Assembly (NCBI GenBank): GCA_902566955.1
Contig: CACFKX010000005.1
Location: 516 to 64,515, forward strand
Source: an uncultured SAR86 cluster bacterium
GTDB lineage: Bacteria; Pseudomonadota; Gammaproteobacteria; Magnimaribacterales; AG-339-G14
Direction: 5' to 3'
DNA: 64,000 bases
The notes under the pieces were generated by a model. That model did no database searches. It worked only from the letters and a program-made list of their open reading frames with translations, and was not told the origin of the DNA. The translations under genes were made by a program, and so were the position numbers. Shown here in pieces: positions 1 through 10,465 of this stretch. Each line of letters opens with the position of its first letter. The stretch's first letter is position 1.

Positions 1-1
1 C

Positions 2-1123
2 AGAAATTTAGGTTTTAATGAGTTTCAAGTTGGTTTAATTTTCTCTATTTCTGCTGTTGCTTGGATGATTTCCAGTCCTTTTTGGGGTGATTTAAGCGAT
101 AAATTTGGCAGACACTGGATTTTCCTAATAGGAATGATTGGATTCGCAATCTCTCTTATATTGATCACGACATTAATTGAATCTGCGAGACAATTAATAA
201 TCCCGCTCTATCTTGTGCTTCCCTTATTAATTTTAACAAGATTAATAAATGGTCTTTTTGGGAGCGCCGTTCGACCAGCAGCAGGGGGCAGGATTGCAGA
301 TATCACAACACCTGAACTACGGACAGCTGGATTTGCCCGTTTTGATGCAGGTTGGCAATTTGGTGTGATTGTAGGTCCAATTTTTGTTGGATTAGTGCTT
401 TGGCTTAGTGAAGGAGATTTCTCGCTTCCATTCTTAATCATTGGTCTTGCTGGCTTGATTGCTGGATATATGAATTTTAAATTAATGAAGAACTCACATG
501 TTGATACAGAAGTCGATAAAACCGTTAAAAAAATAAATTATCTAGATGAAAGAATATGGCCGTCAATGTTCGTTGCTGCTTTTATGGGTATGTCGAATGC
601 AACCATGGTACTTACAGCATCTCTTTATTTTCAAGATTTAAGTCCTGAAATTGAGAATATATATCCTTACGTAGCATTTGGTTTTTCGTTGATAGCAATA
701 TCAGGTCTTTTAACTCAATTATTTTTAGTTGATAGGTTAAGACTTTCTCCTTATTTATTACTAAGAGCAGGACCTTTGATAATGCTAGTTTCATTTTTAG
801 GAATTGCGTTTGCGCCGAGTATTTATGTTTTGTTTGTGTATCTGACTTTACATGGAGTGGGCTCAGCTCTGACTCGTTCTGGAAATGTAGCGCATCTGTC
901 TTTATCGGTAAATAAAAATGAACAGGGTTTAATAAACGGGATGTTGGGAGGTGTAATGCCATTGGGTCATCTTCTGACGCCTATCATAACCATGCCTTTG
1001 TATATGATTGCGCCAAATTATCCTTTTATATTTATTGCCATTCTATCTGTACTCATTATCATGTTTATTAACTTGTCTAAAAAGTTTACTAATAAGCTTC
1101 ATACGGGAGAAATTAATGTTTGA
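2..1123 (+). CDS. MFS transporter (5' partial)
   Basis: Multiple TM segments and MFS motif A-like 'WGDLSDKFGR'; the frame is open from position 2, so the true start lies upstream of the window. Confidence 0.85.
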   Translation, partial: RNLGFNEFQVGLIFSISAVAWMISSPFWGDLSDKFGRHWIFLIGMIGFAISLILITTLIESARQLIIPLYLVLPLLILTRLINGLFGSAVRPAAGGRIADITTPELRTAGFARFDAGWQFGVIVGPIFVGLVLWLSEGDFSLPFLIIGLAGLIAGYMNFKLMKNSHVDTEVDKTVKKINYLDERIWPSMFVAAFMGMSNATMVLTASLYFQDLSPEIENIYPYVAFGFSLIAISGLLTQLFLVDRLRLSPYLLLRAGPLIMLVSFLGIAFAPSIYVLFVYLTLHGVGSALTRSGNVAHLSLSVNKNEQGLINGMLGGVMPLGHLLTPIITMPLYMIAPNYPFIFIAILSVLIIMFINLSKKFTNKLHTGEINV

Positions 1124-2009
1124 TAAAAATGTATTAAAAGGAAAAAGAATCTTAGTAACCGGAGGTGGATCGGGTCTAGGTAAAGAAATGACTAGGCACT
1201 TCGTCAAGCATGGGGCGGAAGTTTACATTTGTGGTAGAAGGGAAAACGTTCTAAAGGATGCTGCTGATGAAATTATGTCCGAGCATGGTGGAAAAGTTAA
1301 TTATTTTCCTCTTGATATTAGAGACGCAATGTCAATTGAAGAAAATATTGAAAATGTTTTTAATGAAGGACCGCTTGATGGGTTAGTAAACAACGCCGCT
1401 GGAAACTTTATTTCAAGAACTAAAGATTTATCTCCAAATGGTTTTAATGCAATTGCATCAATTGTTTTTCACGGTACTTTCTATATTACTAATGCTGTTG
1501 GTAAAAGATGGTTAGAACTTGGCCATAAAGGAAGTATTGTCTCTATTTTGGCGACATGGGTTTGGACTGGCTCGCCATTTGTTGTTCCATCTGCAATGTC
1601 AAAGTCAGGTATTAATGCCATGACAAAGTCATTAGCAGTTGAGTGGGGACCTCATGGTATAAGATTAAACTCTATCGCCCCAGGTCCATTTCCAACAGAA
1701 GGAGCGTGGGCAAGGTTGATGCCTCAAACAGGAGATAAAAAATCTGATATTTCTGAGGATGCTGAAAGAAGTAATGTTCCGTTAGGAAGAGTAGGAAAAA
1801 TGGATGAGCTTGGGAATTTAGCAACTTTCTTAATGGCAGATGGCTGTGAATACCTTACAGGTCAAACTATTGCTATTGATGGAGCACAATACATTACTGG
1901 CGGGGGTACTTTTTCGATGATGAGCTCTTTTAAGGATGAAGATTGGGAAGCCATCAAAAGCACAATAAAAGGCTCTAACGAGAAAGACAAAAAACAAAGA
2001 ACTGTTTAG
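1116..2009 (+). CDS. SDR oxidoreductase, 2,4-dienoyl-CoA reductase-like
   Basis: TGGGSGLG, NNAAGNF, SAMSK (no catalytic Tyr, as in DECR-type SDRs), SIAPGP; ATG at 1116 has GGAG upstream. Confidence 0.85.
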   Translation: MFDKNVLKGKRILVTGGGSGLGKEMTRHFVKHGAEVYICGRRENVLKDAADEIMSEHGGKVNYFPLDIRDAMSIEENIENVFNEGPLDGLVNNAAGNFISRTKDLSPNGFNAIASIVFHGTFYITNAVGKRWLELGHKGSIVSILATWVWTGSPFVVPSAMSKSGINAMTKSLAVEWGPHGIRLNSIAPGPFPTEGAWARLMPQTGDKKSDISEDAERSNVPLGRVGKMDELGNLATFLMADGCEYLTGQTIAIDGAQYITGGGTFSMMSSFKDEDWEAIKSTIKGSNEKDKKQRTV

Positions 2010-2032
2010 AATTAGATTTTACTGGAGGAATA

Positions 2033-3484
2033 ATGACTGACTCGGTTTTTGATGAAATGAAAGAGGTTTTAGCTTTACAAAAAAAAGCTCATATAGACGA
2101 CGGTCCAGCAAGCTATGAATTACGTTTAGATAGACTAAACAGACTATCTGAAATGTTAAAAAAATACTCAGATGAGATAATTAATACTATAAGTGAAGAC
2201 TATGGAACTAGAGATAAAAATGGAACTTTTTTGACGGAAGTGATGACTAGCTTAGGTAGCGTAAATTATTCAATCAAAAATCTGAAAAAGTGGATGAAAT
2301 CTGAAATACGTCAATCAAATTCAAGTCAACCATTCATGACAAGGTTAATAATGCGTTTACTCGGCGCAAAAACTGAAATCCAATATCAACCTCTTGGTAC
2401 AATTGGCATGATAAAGCCTTGGAACTTTCCTGTTAATTTGATTATCTCTCCTATTTCACAAGCTTTAGCTGCAGGAAATAGAGTAATGATTAAGCCCTCA
2501 GAAATAACACCCAAAACATCAGAGTTGATCAAAAAAATGTTTAACGAGTTTTATGATAAGGCAGAAGTAGAGGTTTTTCTCGGCGGACCTGATATTGCGG
2601 AAGCTTTTGGTAAATTAGATTTTGATCATTTACTTTTTACCGGATCTACTATCAATGGAAAAAAAGTTATGCAGTCTGCTGCAGGAAACCTTGTACCGGT
2701 CACTTTAGAATTAGGAGGTAAATCTCCAGTAATCATGGATGAAACAGCTGATGTTTCATTATCTGCAACAAGATTGATGCGTGGAAAAACAATGAATGCA
2801 GGCCAAATCTGCATAGCTCCAGATTATATGATGATGCCAAAGGGAAAAGTTGATGAATTCATAGATGAAAGCGCTAAAGCGGTTTCTGAAATGTATCCAG
2901 ATATTAAATACAATGAACATTACACATCAATTGTTAATCAAAAGCATTTTGAGAGGATAAATAGTCTTATCGAAGATGCAAAAGAGAAGGGTGCTGAAAT
3001 AAAAACAATTAATCCTGCAAATGAAGACTTTGATCAACAAGAAGGTCATAAAATTCCTCCAACTTTCGTATTGAACCCTACAGACGATATGAAAATCATG
3101 CAGGAGGAAATTTTTGGGCCTGTCATGCCTATTAAAGAATATGAAGATATTGATGAAACAATAAGCTATGTCAATTCAAAGCCAAGACCTTTAGCTCTCT
3201 ATTATTTTGGGAAAAATAAAGATACACAAAATAAAATTCTTAATAGAACCACATCAGGTGGAGCAACTATTAATGATGTTGTTTGGCATGTCGGCCAGGA
3301 TGATATGCCATTCGGTGGAGTAGGAGATAGTGGGACTGGTTCTTATCATGGTCATGAAGGGTTTAAACGATTCAGTCATCAAAAATCTATCCTGACTCAA
3401 TATAATTCAGATTTAGTAAAAAACATTATGCCTCCATACAAAGGTAAAATGTTTGAATCAACGAAAAAGAACGCTCTTAAATAA
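2033..3484 (+). CDS. Aldehyde dehydrogenase, coniferyl/fatty aldehyde (ALDH3-like) family
   Basis: PWNFP, FTGS, LELGGKSP, NAGQICIAPDY, EEIFGP, PFGGVG; GGAGG RBS. Confidence 0.9.
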   Translation: MTDSVFDEMKEVLALQKKAHIDDGPASYELRLDRLNRLSEMLKKYSDEIINTISEDYGTRDKNGTFLTEVMTSLGSVNYSIKNLKKWMKSEIRQSNSSQPFMTRLIMRLLGAKTEIQYQPLGTIGMIKPWNFPVNLIISPISQALAAGNRVMIKPSEITPKTSELIKKMFNEFYDKAEVEVFLGGPDIAEAFGKLDFDHLLFTGSTINGKKVMQSAAGNLVPVTLELGGKSPVIMDETADVSLSATRLMRGKTMNAGQICIAPDYMMMPKGKVDEFIDESAKAVSEMYPDIKYNEHYTSIVNQKHFERINSLIEDAKEKGAEIKTINPANEDFDQQEGHKIPPTFVLNPTDDMKIMQEEIFGPVMPIKEYEDIDETISYVNSKPRPLALYYFGKNKDTQNKILNRTTSGGATINDVVWHVGQDDMPFGGVGDSGTGSYHGHEGFKRFSHQKSILTQYNSDLVKNIMPPYKGKMFESTKKNALK

Positions 3485-3490
3485 AATCTA

Positions 3491-4723
3491 TTGAGACAAA
3501 ACCTTCCTTTTTTTATTGCTTTAAGATATTTCAATTCTAAAAAGGAAGGATTCCTATCTTTTGTTTCTAAATTATCCTTGGGATCAGTATCTCTAGGTGT
3601 AGCAGTTCTTATAATTGTTTCCTCGGTATTTAATGGATTTGAAAAAGAATTAAAGGAAAAAATATTAAACTCAATTCCTCATGGAAACATTTACGGTTAC
3701 TCATCAATTTCTAATCCAATCGAACTAATTGATTCGTTATCTGATATGGATAGACTTGAAGGAGTAGCGCCATATGTAGAGACTCAGTCACTTATTGGCT
3801 CTAAATCAAAATTAAAGGGAACTCTTATTTATGGAGTTGATCCTTCTTATGAATCAAATGTTTCTAATGTTCCAAACAATATGTTTGTTGGATCATTTGA
3901 TGATTTAAGAGAAGGTAGTTTTAACTTAATTTTAGGTGATTTATTAGCAAGACAGCTATCTGTTTCTATTGGAGATAAAGTAACTTTATTATTACCAAAT
4001 CCCAAAGTTTCTCTAACCGGAATTTATCCAAAAATGAAAGTTTTTTCTATTTCTGGAATTTATAGCATGGGATCTAATGATCTAGATTCAAATTATGCTT
4101 TCATAAATATCAATGATGCCTCAAAACTTCTTTCACTGTCAGGAAATGTGACAGGCATAAGACTTAAATTTGATGATCTTTTTGATGCTCCAGATTTAAC
4201 TTACGATGCTTTAATAAAAGCTCAGAATTATTCTCAACAACCTTTAAGAGTTAATGATTGGAGTTCTCAGTTTGGGACTCTTTGGAGAGCTGTTGGCATG
4301 GAAAGAAGTTTAGTTTTCCTGCTAACTAGTTTAATCATAGTTATCGCAGCCTTTAATGTAGTTGCAATGTTAATGATGATGCTTAATGAAAAAAAGGAAC
4401 AAATTGCAATCCTAAAAACAGTAGGCATGAGTGATATGAAAATTATTCAAATATTTTTATATCTTGGTTTGATAATCTCTTTTTGGGGAATATCTATTGG
4501 AACCCTTTTAGGTTTGTTTATGTCATTTTTTATAGCCTCATCGTATTTTGATGTCATTATTTCTGGTTATTTGCAGTGGTATTTCATAAGTTATCTTCCT
4601 ACAGACTTAAGAATTGAGTGGATTATTTCAATTATATTAGGATCATTATTGATAACATCTTTTGCAAGTATCTATCCCGCAAGATCAGCTTCAAAAATTA
4701 TTCCAGCTAAGATATTAAGATAA
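3491..4723 (+). CDS. lolE: Lipoprotein-releasing ABC permease LolC/E/F
   Basis: IALRY..K..F.SF, NGFEKEL, IAILKTVG, YPARSA; directly upstream of lolD; TTG start. Confidence 0.85.
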   Translation: MRQNLPFFIALRYFNSKKEGFLSFVSKLSLGSVSLGVAVLIIVSSVFNGFEKELKEKILNSIPHGNIYGYSSISNPIELIDSLSDMDRLEGVAPYVETQSLIGSKSKLKGTLIYGVDPSYESNVSNVPNNMFVGSFDDLREGSFNLILGDLLARQLSVSIGDKVTLLLPNPKVSLTGIYPKMKVFSISGIYSMGSNDLDSNYAFININDASKLLSLSGNVTGIRLKFDDLFDAPDLTYDALIKAQNYSQQPLRVNDWSSQFGTLWRAVGMERSLVFLLTSLIIVIAAFNVVAMLMMMLNEKKEQIAILKTVGMSDMKIIQIFLYLGLIISFWGISIGTLLGLFMSFFIASSYFDVIISGYLQWYFISYLPTDLRIEWIISIILGSLLITSFASIYPARSASKIIPAKILR

Positions 4724-5394
4724 TGAGCTTAGTTAAATTACAAGACATTGGAAAAGATCATCAAACTGGAGACAATGTCATTTCTCCACTTATTAACCTT
4801 AACCTTGAAATCAATGTTAACGACAGAATAATTATTTATGGAAAGTCAGGTTCTGGAAAAACTACTCTCTTAAATATTTTAAGTACTCTAGAGATTCCTT
4901 CTAATGGTTCAATGATTTTTGCAGACAAACTTATAGAATCTTTATCTGATAAAGAGCTCTCAAATTTAAGGCTAAATGATATTGGTGTAGTTTTTCAATC
5001 TCATCATCTCTTAGAAGAATTTTCTCTTCATGAGAACATCATTCTCCCAGGATCTATAGCTCATAATCTTGATAAAGATTTTGCAAATTTTCTTATTGAG
5101 AAATTAAAAATTTCTGACAGAAAAGATCACTTACCTGATCAACTATCTGGCGGAGAAAGACAGAGATGTGCAATTGCAAGAGCATTAATTAATAAACCGA
5201 AATTATTAGTCATGGATGAGCCGACAGGAGATTTAGATAGAAATACTTCTGATGAAGTCATGGAATTGATAGACGATGTATTTAATGAGATTGATATTTC
5301 TGTGGTTATTGCAACTCATGATGAAAATTTGAAATTTAAACCAAATTCAAAATATTTACTCGAACAAGGTAAGCTCAATTTAATACAGGGCTAA
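4723..5394 (+). CDS. lolD: Lipoprotein-releasing ABC ATPase
   Basis: GKSGSGKT, VFQSHHLL, LSGGERQR, DEPTGDLD. Confidence 0.88.
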   Translation: MSLVKLQDIGKDHQTGDNVISPLINLNLEINVNDRIIIYGKSGSGKTTLLNILSTLEIPSNGSMIFADKLIESLSDKELSNLRLNDIGVVFQSHHLLEEFSLHENIILPGSIAHNLDKDFANFLIEKLKISDRKDHLPDQLSGGERQRCAIARALINKPKLLVMDEPTGDLDRNTSDEVMELIDDVFNEIDISVVIATHDENLKFKPNSKYLLEQGKLNLIQG

Positions 5395-5438
5395 GAGATA
5401 AAATTCTTCTAAAAAGGTAAAATAACCTTTTTTTAGGC

Positions 5439-8210
5439 ATGAAAAGCAATACTTCATATCTTGCACGTCTTTTTGGTTATGTTTCTTCGAGCATTCCTTA
5501 TTTCTTGATCAGTTTTTTTGGATTTGTATTATTTGCTGCGGCTCAAGTAGGAGCAGCAGAATGGTTAAGAAGAATAGTAGATTTTATAGAAAATCCAAAT
5601 CAAACAGTTCAAACAATCTTACCTCTTGCACTTATAGCAATAGCCCTAATAAGAGGAATCGGTTTTTATCTTTCAAATTTTTTTATGGCCTTTATTTCGA
5701 ATAAATTAATTCACAATTTGAGAGTAGATTTATTCAAATCATTGATTTCAATGCCAGTGAGTTTTTATGATAAATCCTCCAGTGGACATTTATTATCCAG
5801 AATTACTTTTAATGTTATGCAGGTAAGTAGTGCAGTTACTGATGCAGTCAAAATTATTATAAGAGAAGGGTTGATAGTAATAGGACTATTAGGTTACTTA
5901 ATTTACTTAAATTGGAAATTAACCCTGGTATTAATTATTGCAGCACCCTTGATTGGCTTCATTGTTTCTATTGCTGGGAAAAGATTAAGACGTCTTAGTA
6001 AAAAAATCCAATCTGCTATGGGTGATGTTACTCATGTTAGTTCAGAATCTATAAACGCTCATAAAGAATTAAAAATTTTCGGTAATGAAAATCTTGAAAT
6101 TGATAAATTTAATGAAGCAAGCGATGCTAATAGAATTCAAAATTTGAAATTAGAATCAACAAACTCAATTGCTTCTCCGCTCATTCAATTAATAATATCT
6201 CTGGCATTAGCTCTAATCACTTGGTTTGCCTTAGATCCCTCTGTTATTACATCAATGTCATCAGGAACATTTATAGCTTTTTTTGGTAGCGCAGGAATGC
6301 TAGCAAAACCTATCAGACAATTATCTTCTACTAATGTTATGTTCCAGAAAGGTATTGCAGCAGCAGAAGATATTTTTAAGCAAATTGATGAAACTCCAGA
6401 AAAAGATGATGGCTCAAAAATTATTAAGAATTCTGAAGGAAAAATAAAATTTGATAATGTCTCTCTTAAATATCCAAGTTCAGAAGAATATTCCCTCAAG
6501 AATATAAATTTTGAGTTACAAAAAGGTTCTAATTTAGCTATTGTTGGAAGCTCAGGTGCAGGAAAAAGCAGCATCATTAATTTGATCCCTAGATTTTATG
6601 ATGCCACAGAGGGCGGAATTTCTATAGATGGAACAAGGATTGAAGAACTTTCTCTGGAATCATTGAGAGATCAAATTTCCTATGTAGGACAAGAGATAAC
6701 TCTATTCAATGACACAATTTTTAATAATATTTTTTATGGAGATATCGATACCAGTGAAGAAGATGTCTATGAAGCTGCAAAAAAAGCGAATGCTCATCAA
6801 TTCATAGAATCTTTTCCTGATGGTTATAAAACCGTTATTGGCGACAATGGAACATTATTATCCGGAGGGCAGAAACAGAGAATCGCTATTGCAAGAGCCA
6901 TCTTAAAAAATTCACCCTTTTTAATATTGGATGAAGCCACCTCTGCTTTAGATTCTGAATCTGAAAGATTGATAACAGATGCGATTGCTAACTTAAAAGA
7001 AGGTAAAACTACAATTACTATTGCTCATAGACTTTCAACGGTAGAGCAAGCAGATGAAATATTAGTTCTTCAAAGTGGAGAAATAGTTGAAAGAGGTAAG
7101 CATAGCCAATTAATATTATCTGAAGGTCCTTATTTTCAACTCTATAGAAATCAATTTGATTTTGATGATGGTGCAGTAAATATTGATGCTGAATCAAATT
7201 CTAACCTCCTCGTAAATATTGATGCATCAAAATCCTATGTTTCATACTTAGAACAAGCATGGTACGAAAATAGTCTCTGGCCTAAACTTCTTATTCCATT
7301 TTCATGGATATACCAATTTCTCTTTAATAGACAAAAAAGATATCAAATTTCTAATTCATGGAAACCTAATCTTCTTACGATAGTTGTTGGTAACCTGACA
7401 GTTGGCGGCACAGGAAAAACTCCTATAATTATTTACCTTGCTAAATTACTTAAAAAACAAGGTCTTAAACCAGGAATAATTTCAAGAGGTTACCTGAGTA
7501 AATCAAAAACCTATCCATTGCTACTAAACTCAGAAACCCCAATTGACGAATCTGGAGATGAACCGGCTATTATGTTTAAGAATTCTCAGTGTCCAGTGGT
7601 CATCGGACCCAATAGGATACAAGCTGCTAAACATCTTATGGAAAATACAGATAGCAATGTCATTTTAAGCGATGATGGTTTGCAGCACTTTTCTCTTGGA
7701 AGAGATATAGAAATATTAATGATTGACGGAAATAGGAAGTTTGGAAACGAGCTTCTGCTTCCAGCAGGACCACTTAGAGAGCCAAAATCTAGAATTAAAA
7801 CAGTCGATTTTACAATCAGCTCAAATAGAAAATGGCCTTCAGTTGCAAAATATGAAATGAAATATCGTCCTTTCAAATGGGTTCATATGAAAAGCCAGAA
7901 GGAATATGATATTTTCGACTGGCCCTTAAAAAAAGAAGTAAATGCAGTCGCAGGAATTGGAAACCCATCTAATTTTTTTAATTTATTAAAACAACTGGGT
8001 TTTGACATATCTGAATACGCTTTTCCTGATCATCATGACTTTCACAGTGTAGATTTTGAAATTATGGATAATCAACCTACTGTAATGACAGAAAAAGATG
8101 CAATAAAATGCTCATTTCTAGACCATACGAATTATTGGTATTTAAAGATAGAAGCTGAAGTTTCAGATAACTTTGAACAAGATTTTTTAGCCGAAATTAA
8201 ATCTAAATGA
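5439..8210 (+). CDS. msbA-lpxK: Fused lipid A flippase MsbA / lipid A 4'-kinase LpxK
   Basis: Residues ~1-575 form an ABC TMD+NBD (GSSGAGKS, LSGGQKQR); the C-terminal ~320 aa carry LpxK motifs VGNLTVGGTGKTP, SRGY, DDGLQH, LPAGPLRE, FPDHH, TEKDAIK; no internal stop. Confidence 0.92.
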   Translation: MKSNTSYLARLFGYVSSSIPYFLISFFGFVLFAAAQVGAAEWLRRIVDFIENPNQTVQTILPLALIAIALIRGIGFYLSNFFMAFISNKLIHNLRVDLFKSLISMPVSFYDKSSSGHLLSRITFNVMQVSSAVTDAVKIIIREGLIVIGLLGYLIYLNWKLTLVLIIAAPLIGFIVSIAGKRLRRLSKKIQSAMGDVTHVSSESINAHKELKIFGNENLEIDKFNEASDANRIQNLKLESTNSIASPLIQLIISLALALITWFALDPSVITSMSSGTFIAFFGSAGMLAKPIRQLSSTNVMFQKGIAAAEDIFKQIDETPEKDDGSKIIKNSEGKIKFDNVSLKYPSSEEYSLKNINFELQKGSNLAIVGSSGAGKSSIINLIPRFYDATEGGISIDGTRIEELSLESLRDQISYVGQEITLFNDTIFNNIFYGDIDTSEEDVYEAAKKANAHQFIESFPDGYKTVIGDNGTLLSGGQKQRIAIARAILKNSPFLILDEATSALDSESERLITDAIANLKEGKTTITIAHRLSTVEQADEILVLQSGEIVERGKHSQLILSEGPYFQLYRNQFDFDDGAVNIDAESNSNLLVNIDASKSYVSYLEQAWYENSLWPKLLIPFSWIYQFLFNRQKRYQISNSWKPNLLTIVVGNLTVGGTGKTPIIIYLAKLLKKQGLKPGIISRGYLSKSKTYPLLLNSETPIDESGDEPAIMFKNSQCPVVIGPNRIQAAKHLMENTDSNVILSDDGLQHFSLGRDIEILMIDGNRKFGNELLLPAGPLREPKSRIKTVDFTISSNRKWPSVAKYEMKYRPFKWVHMKSQKEYDIFDWPLKKEVNAVAGIGNPSNFFNLLKQLGFDISEYAFPDHHDFHSVDFEIMDNQPTVMTEKDAIKCSFLDHTNYWYLKIEAEVSDNFEQDFLAEIKSK

Positions 8211-8902
8211 ATTATGTAGCGATCCCTGCTAGATGGTCCTCATCTAGATTACCCGGTAAACCGTTAAAGAAAATTGGTAGCAAGCCAATGATTCAATGGG
8301 TGTATGAATCTTGTAGAAAATCTGATGCTGATTTTATATTTATTGCAACAGATTCTGAGGAGATAAGAGATCAAGTTCTAGAATTTAACGGACAAGTGAT
8401 TATGACTTCAGTAGATCATAAAACAGGCACAGATAGAATCCACGAAGCAATAACAAAAATAAATTGTTATGAAGAAGATTTAATAATTAACGTTCAAGGA
8501 GATGAACCATTTATATCTCATGATGATATCAATACTTTGATACACAATTACAACGATGATTTCGAAATGGCAACCTTATACAAAGAACTTAAAAAAGAAG
8601 ATATGGATGATACTAATACAGTGAAAATTAGTGTGACTGACAATATTGCAACCTCATTTTCAAGAAACTTTAAATCATCAGATTCTATTTATCATCATCT
8701 TGGAATATATGCTTATAGATGTGAATTTTTAAAAAAATTCGTTAATTATGAGCAATCTGAAAACGAGATTCGAGAAAGTTTAGAACAATTGAGAGCTCTA
8801 GATAACGGTCATCAGATTAAAGCATTTAAATCATCTTCTACGAGCAGCTTTGGAATAGATACAGAAGAAGATTTGATTAAAGCTAATGAAATTATCAAAT
8901 AA
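8207..8902 (+). CDS. kdsB: 3-deoxy-manno-octulosonate cytidylyltransferase
   Basis: IPARWSSSRLPGKPL, TGTDR, NVQGDEP, HLGIYAY, ESLEQLRAL. Confidence 0.95.
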   Translation: MNYVAIPARWSSSRLPGKPLKKIGSKPMIQWVYESCRKSDADFIFIATDSEEIRDQVLEFNGQVIMTSVDHKTGTDRIHEAITKINCYEEDLIINVQGDEPFISHDDINTLIHNYNDDFEMATLYKELKKEDMDDTNTVKISVTDNIATSFSRNFKSSDSIYHHLGIYAYRCEFLKKFVNYEQSENEIRESLEQLRALDNGHQIKAFKSSSTSSFGIDTEEDLIKANEIIK

Positions 8903-9878
8903 AATAAAAAAATCCTTTAGCTTAAAAGAAAATAATCTTTTAAAAATTGATTCTACTGCAAAGTTTTTTATAGAAATCTTTGATCTTGAAGACTTAAAAA
9001 ATATTCAAAATTTTACCTCAACAAAAAAAATTAATTTTTGTATCCTTGGAGAGGGATCCAACGTTGTTCTGCCTAATTTGCTTAACAAGTTTGTAATAAA
9101 AATTTCATTTAATGAAATATCAATCGAGGATAATTTAATTACAGTTGGAGCGGGTAAAAATTGGGATGATTTTGTGCTCTGGTCCTTAGAAAACGGTTAT
9201 TGCGGATTAGAGAATTTATCAGGTATACCTGGAAGCATTGGAGCTGCACCTATTCAGAATATTGGAGCTTATGGGAGCGAAGTATCTGATTTTATTGATG
9301 AAGTCATTTGTTTCGATATGGATTCAAACAGTTTGGTTAGCTTTACTAATAATGATTGCAAATTTTCATACAGACAAAGCATATTTCAAGATAAAGATTC
9401 TCTAATTGTCATAAAAGTTAAATTCAAATTAACCAAAGATTTTCAACCCAACTTAGAGTATGAAGATTTAAACTTTTTAAAAGCAGAAGAGATTACTCCG
9501 TTTATCATCAGAAAACATATCCTAAAAATAAGAAAAGCTAAAATATCAGACCCAAAAGAACATCCAAATGTTGGCAGCTTTTTTAAAAATCCTATTATCT
9601 CATTGGATGAATTGGAAAAAATAAAACAAATTCTTCCAAAGATTAAATTTTATTCATACATTGATAATAAAGTAAAAATATCAGCAGCTTTTTTAATTGA
9701 ATCATTAAGCCTAAAAGGTTTTGTATTGAATAATGCAAGAGTGTCTGAAAAACACTCGCTAGTGCTAGAAAATAAATCTGAGAAATCGGAGGATATTCTT
9801 GATCTTGCCTCGCACATCCAGGCCTCTGTGTTGGAGAATTACAACATTAATTTAGAATTAGAACCCCAAATATTTTGA
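8886..9878 (+). CDS. murB: UDP-N-acetylmuramate dehydrogenase
   Basis: LGEGSN, GLENLSGIPGSIGAAPIQNIGAYG, GSFFKNP, LELEP. Confidence 0.93.
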   Translation: MKLSNKIKKSFSLKENNLLKIDSTAKFFIEIFDLEDLKNIQNFTSTKKINFCILGEGSNVVLPNLLNKFVIKISFNEISIEDNLITVGAGKNWDDFVLWSLENGYCGLENLSGIPGSIGAAPIQNIGAYGSEVSDFIDEVICFDMDSNSLVSFTNNDCKFSYRQSIFQDKDSLIVIKVKFKLTKDFQPNLEYEDLNFLKAEEITPFIIRKHILKIRKAKISDPKEHPNVGSFFKNPIISLDELEKIKQILPKIKFYSYIDNKVKISAAFLIESLSLKGFVLNNARVSEKHSLVLENKSEKSEDILDLASHIQASVLENYNINLELEPQIF

Positions 9879-10465
9879 CTGAATTTCTTTTAATTGCTTC
9901 CATTCATCTTGTAGCGGTTATAAGTCCTGGACCTGATTTTGCTGTTGTACTGAGACAATCTCTATCATCTACAAGGAGAGCATCTATTTTTACTGCCTTA
10001 GGTATTGCTACCAGTGAATTTTTTCATTGTCTTTATTCTATTTTTGGAATGGAATTAATTATGAGATATCAAGAAAATATATTTCTTGTTCTCAAACCCA
10101 TAGCTATTTTATATTTAATGTATTTAGGAATTTCTTCTTTTTTTACTGACCGACCATCAGAAACAGTAACACGTTCAAGCTCTAAAAACTTTACCCTTGG
10201 ATTTATGACAAATCTTCTTAATCTTCAGGCAAGTACATTTACTGTTACCTTATTTTTTGCAATTGTGAGTATCGATACTCTTTTAAGTATCCTAATTCTT
10301 TATGCTGTGTTTATAGCAGTTAGCACTTTTATGTGGTTTGCATTTTTGTCTTTATTGCTCACAAGTAAAGGATTTTTATATAAATTTAATAATTTCATTC
10401 CATGGATATACAAATTTACTGGTATCGTTTTTATAATTAGTTCTTTTTATTTATTAACTTTGTAA
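9875..10465 (+). CDS. LysE/RhtB family exporter
   Basis: SPGPDFAVV motif; hydrophobic ~200 aa. Confidence 0.85.
   Translation: MTEFLLIASIHLVAVISPGPDFAVVLRQSLSSTRRASIFTALGIATSEFFHCLYSIFGMELIMRYQENIFLVLKPIAILYLMYLGISSFFTDRPSETVTRSSSKNFTLGFMTNLLNLQASTFTVTLFFAIVSIDTLLSILILYAVFIAVSTFMWFAFLSLLLTSKGFLYKFNNFIPWIYKFTGIVFIISSFYLLTL

Noticed and set aside
1008-1115. N-terminal extensions given by the ORF track (also at 12732, 20216, 28084, 40341, 53525)
   Set aside because: They overlap neighbouring genes or promoters; downstream ATGs fit family starts and, in most cases, an RBS or coupled stop better
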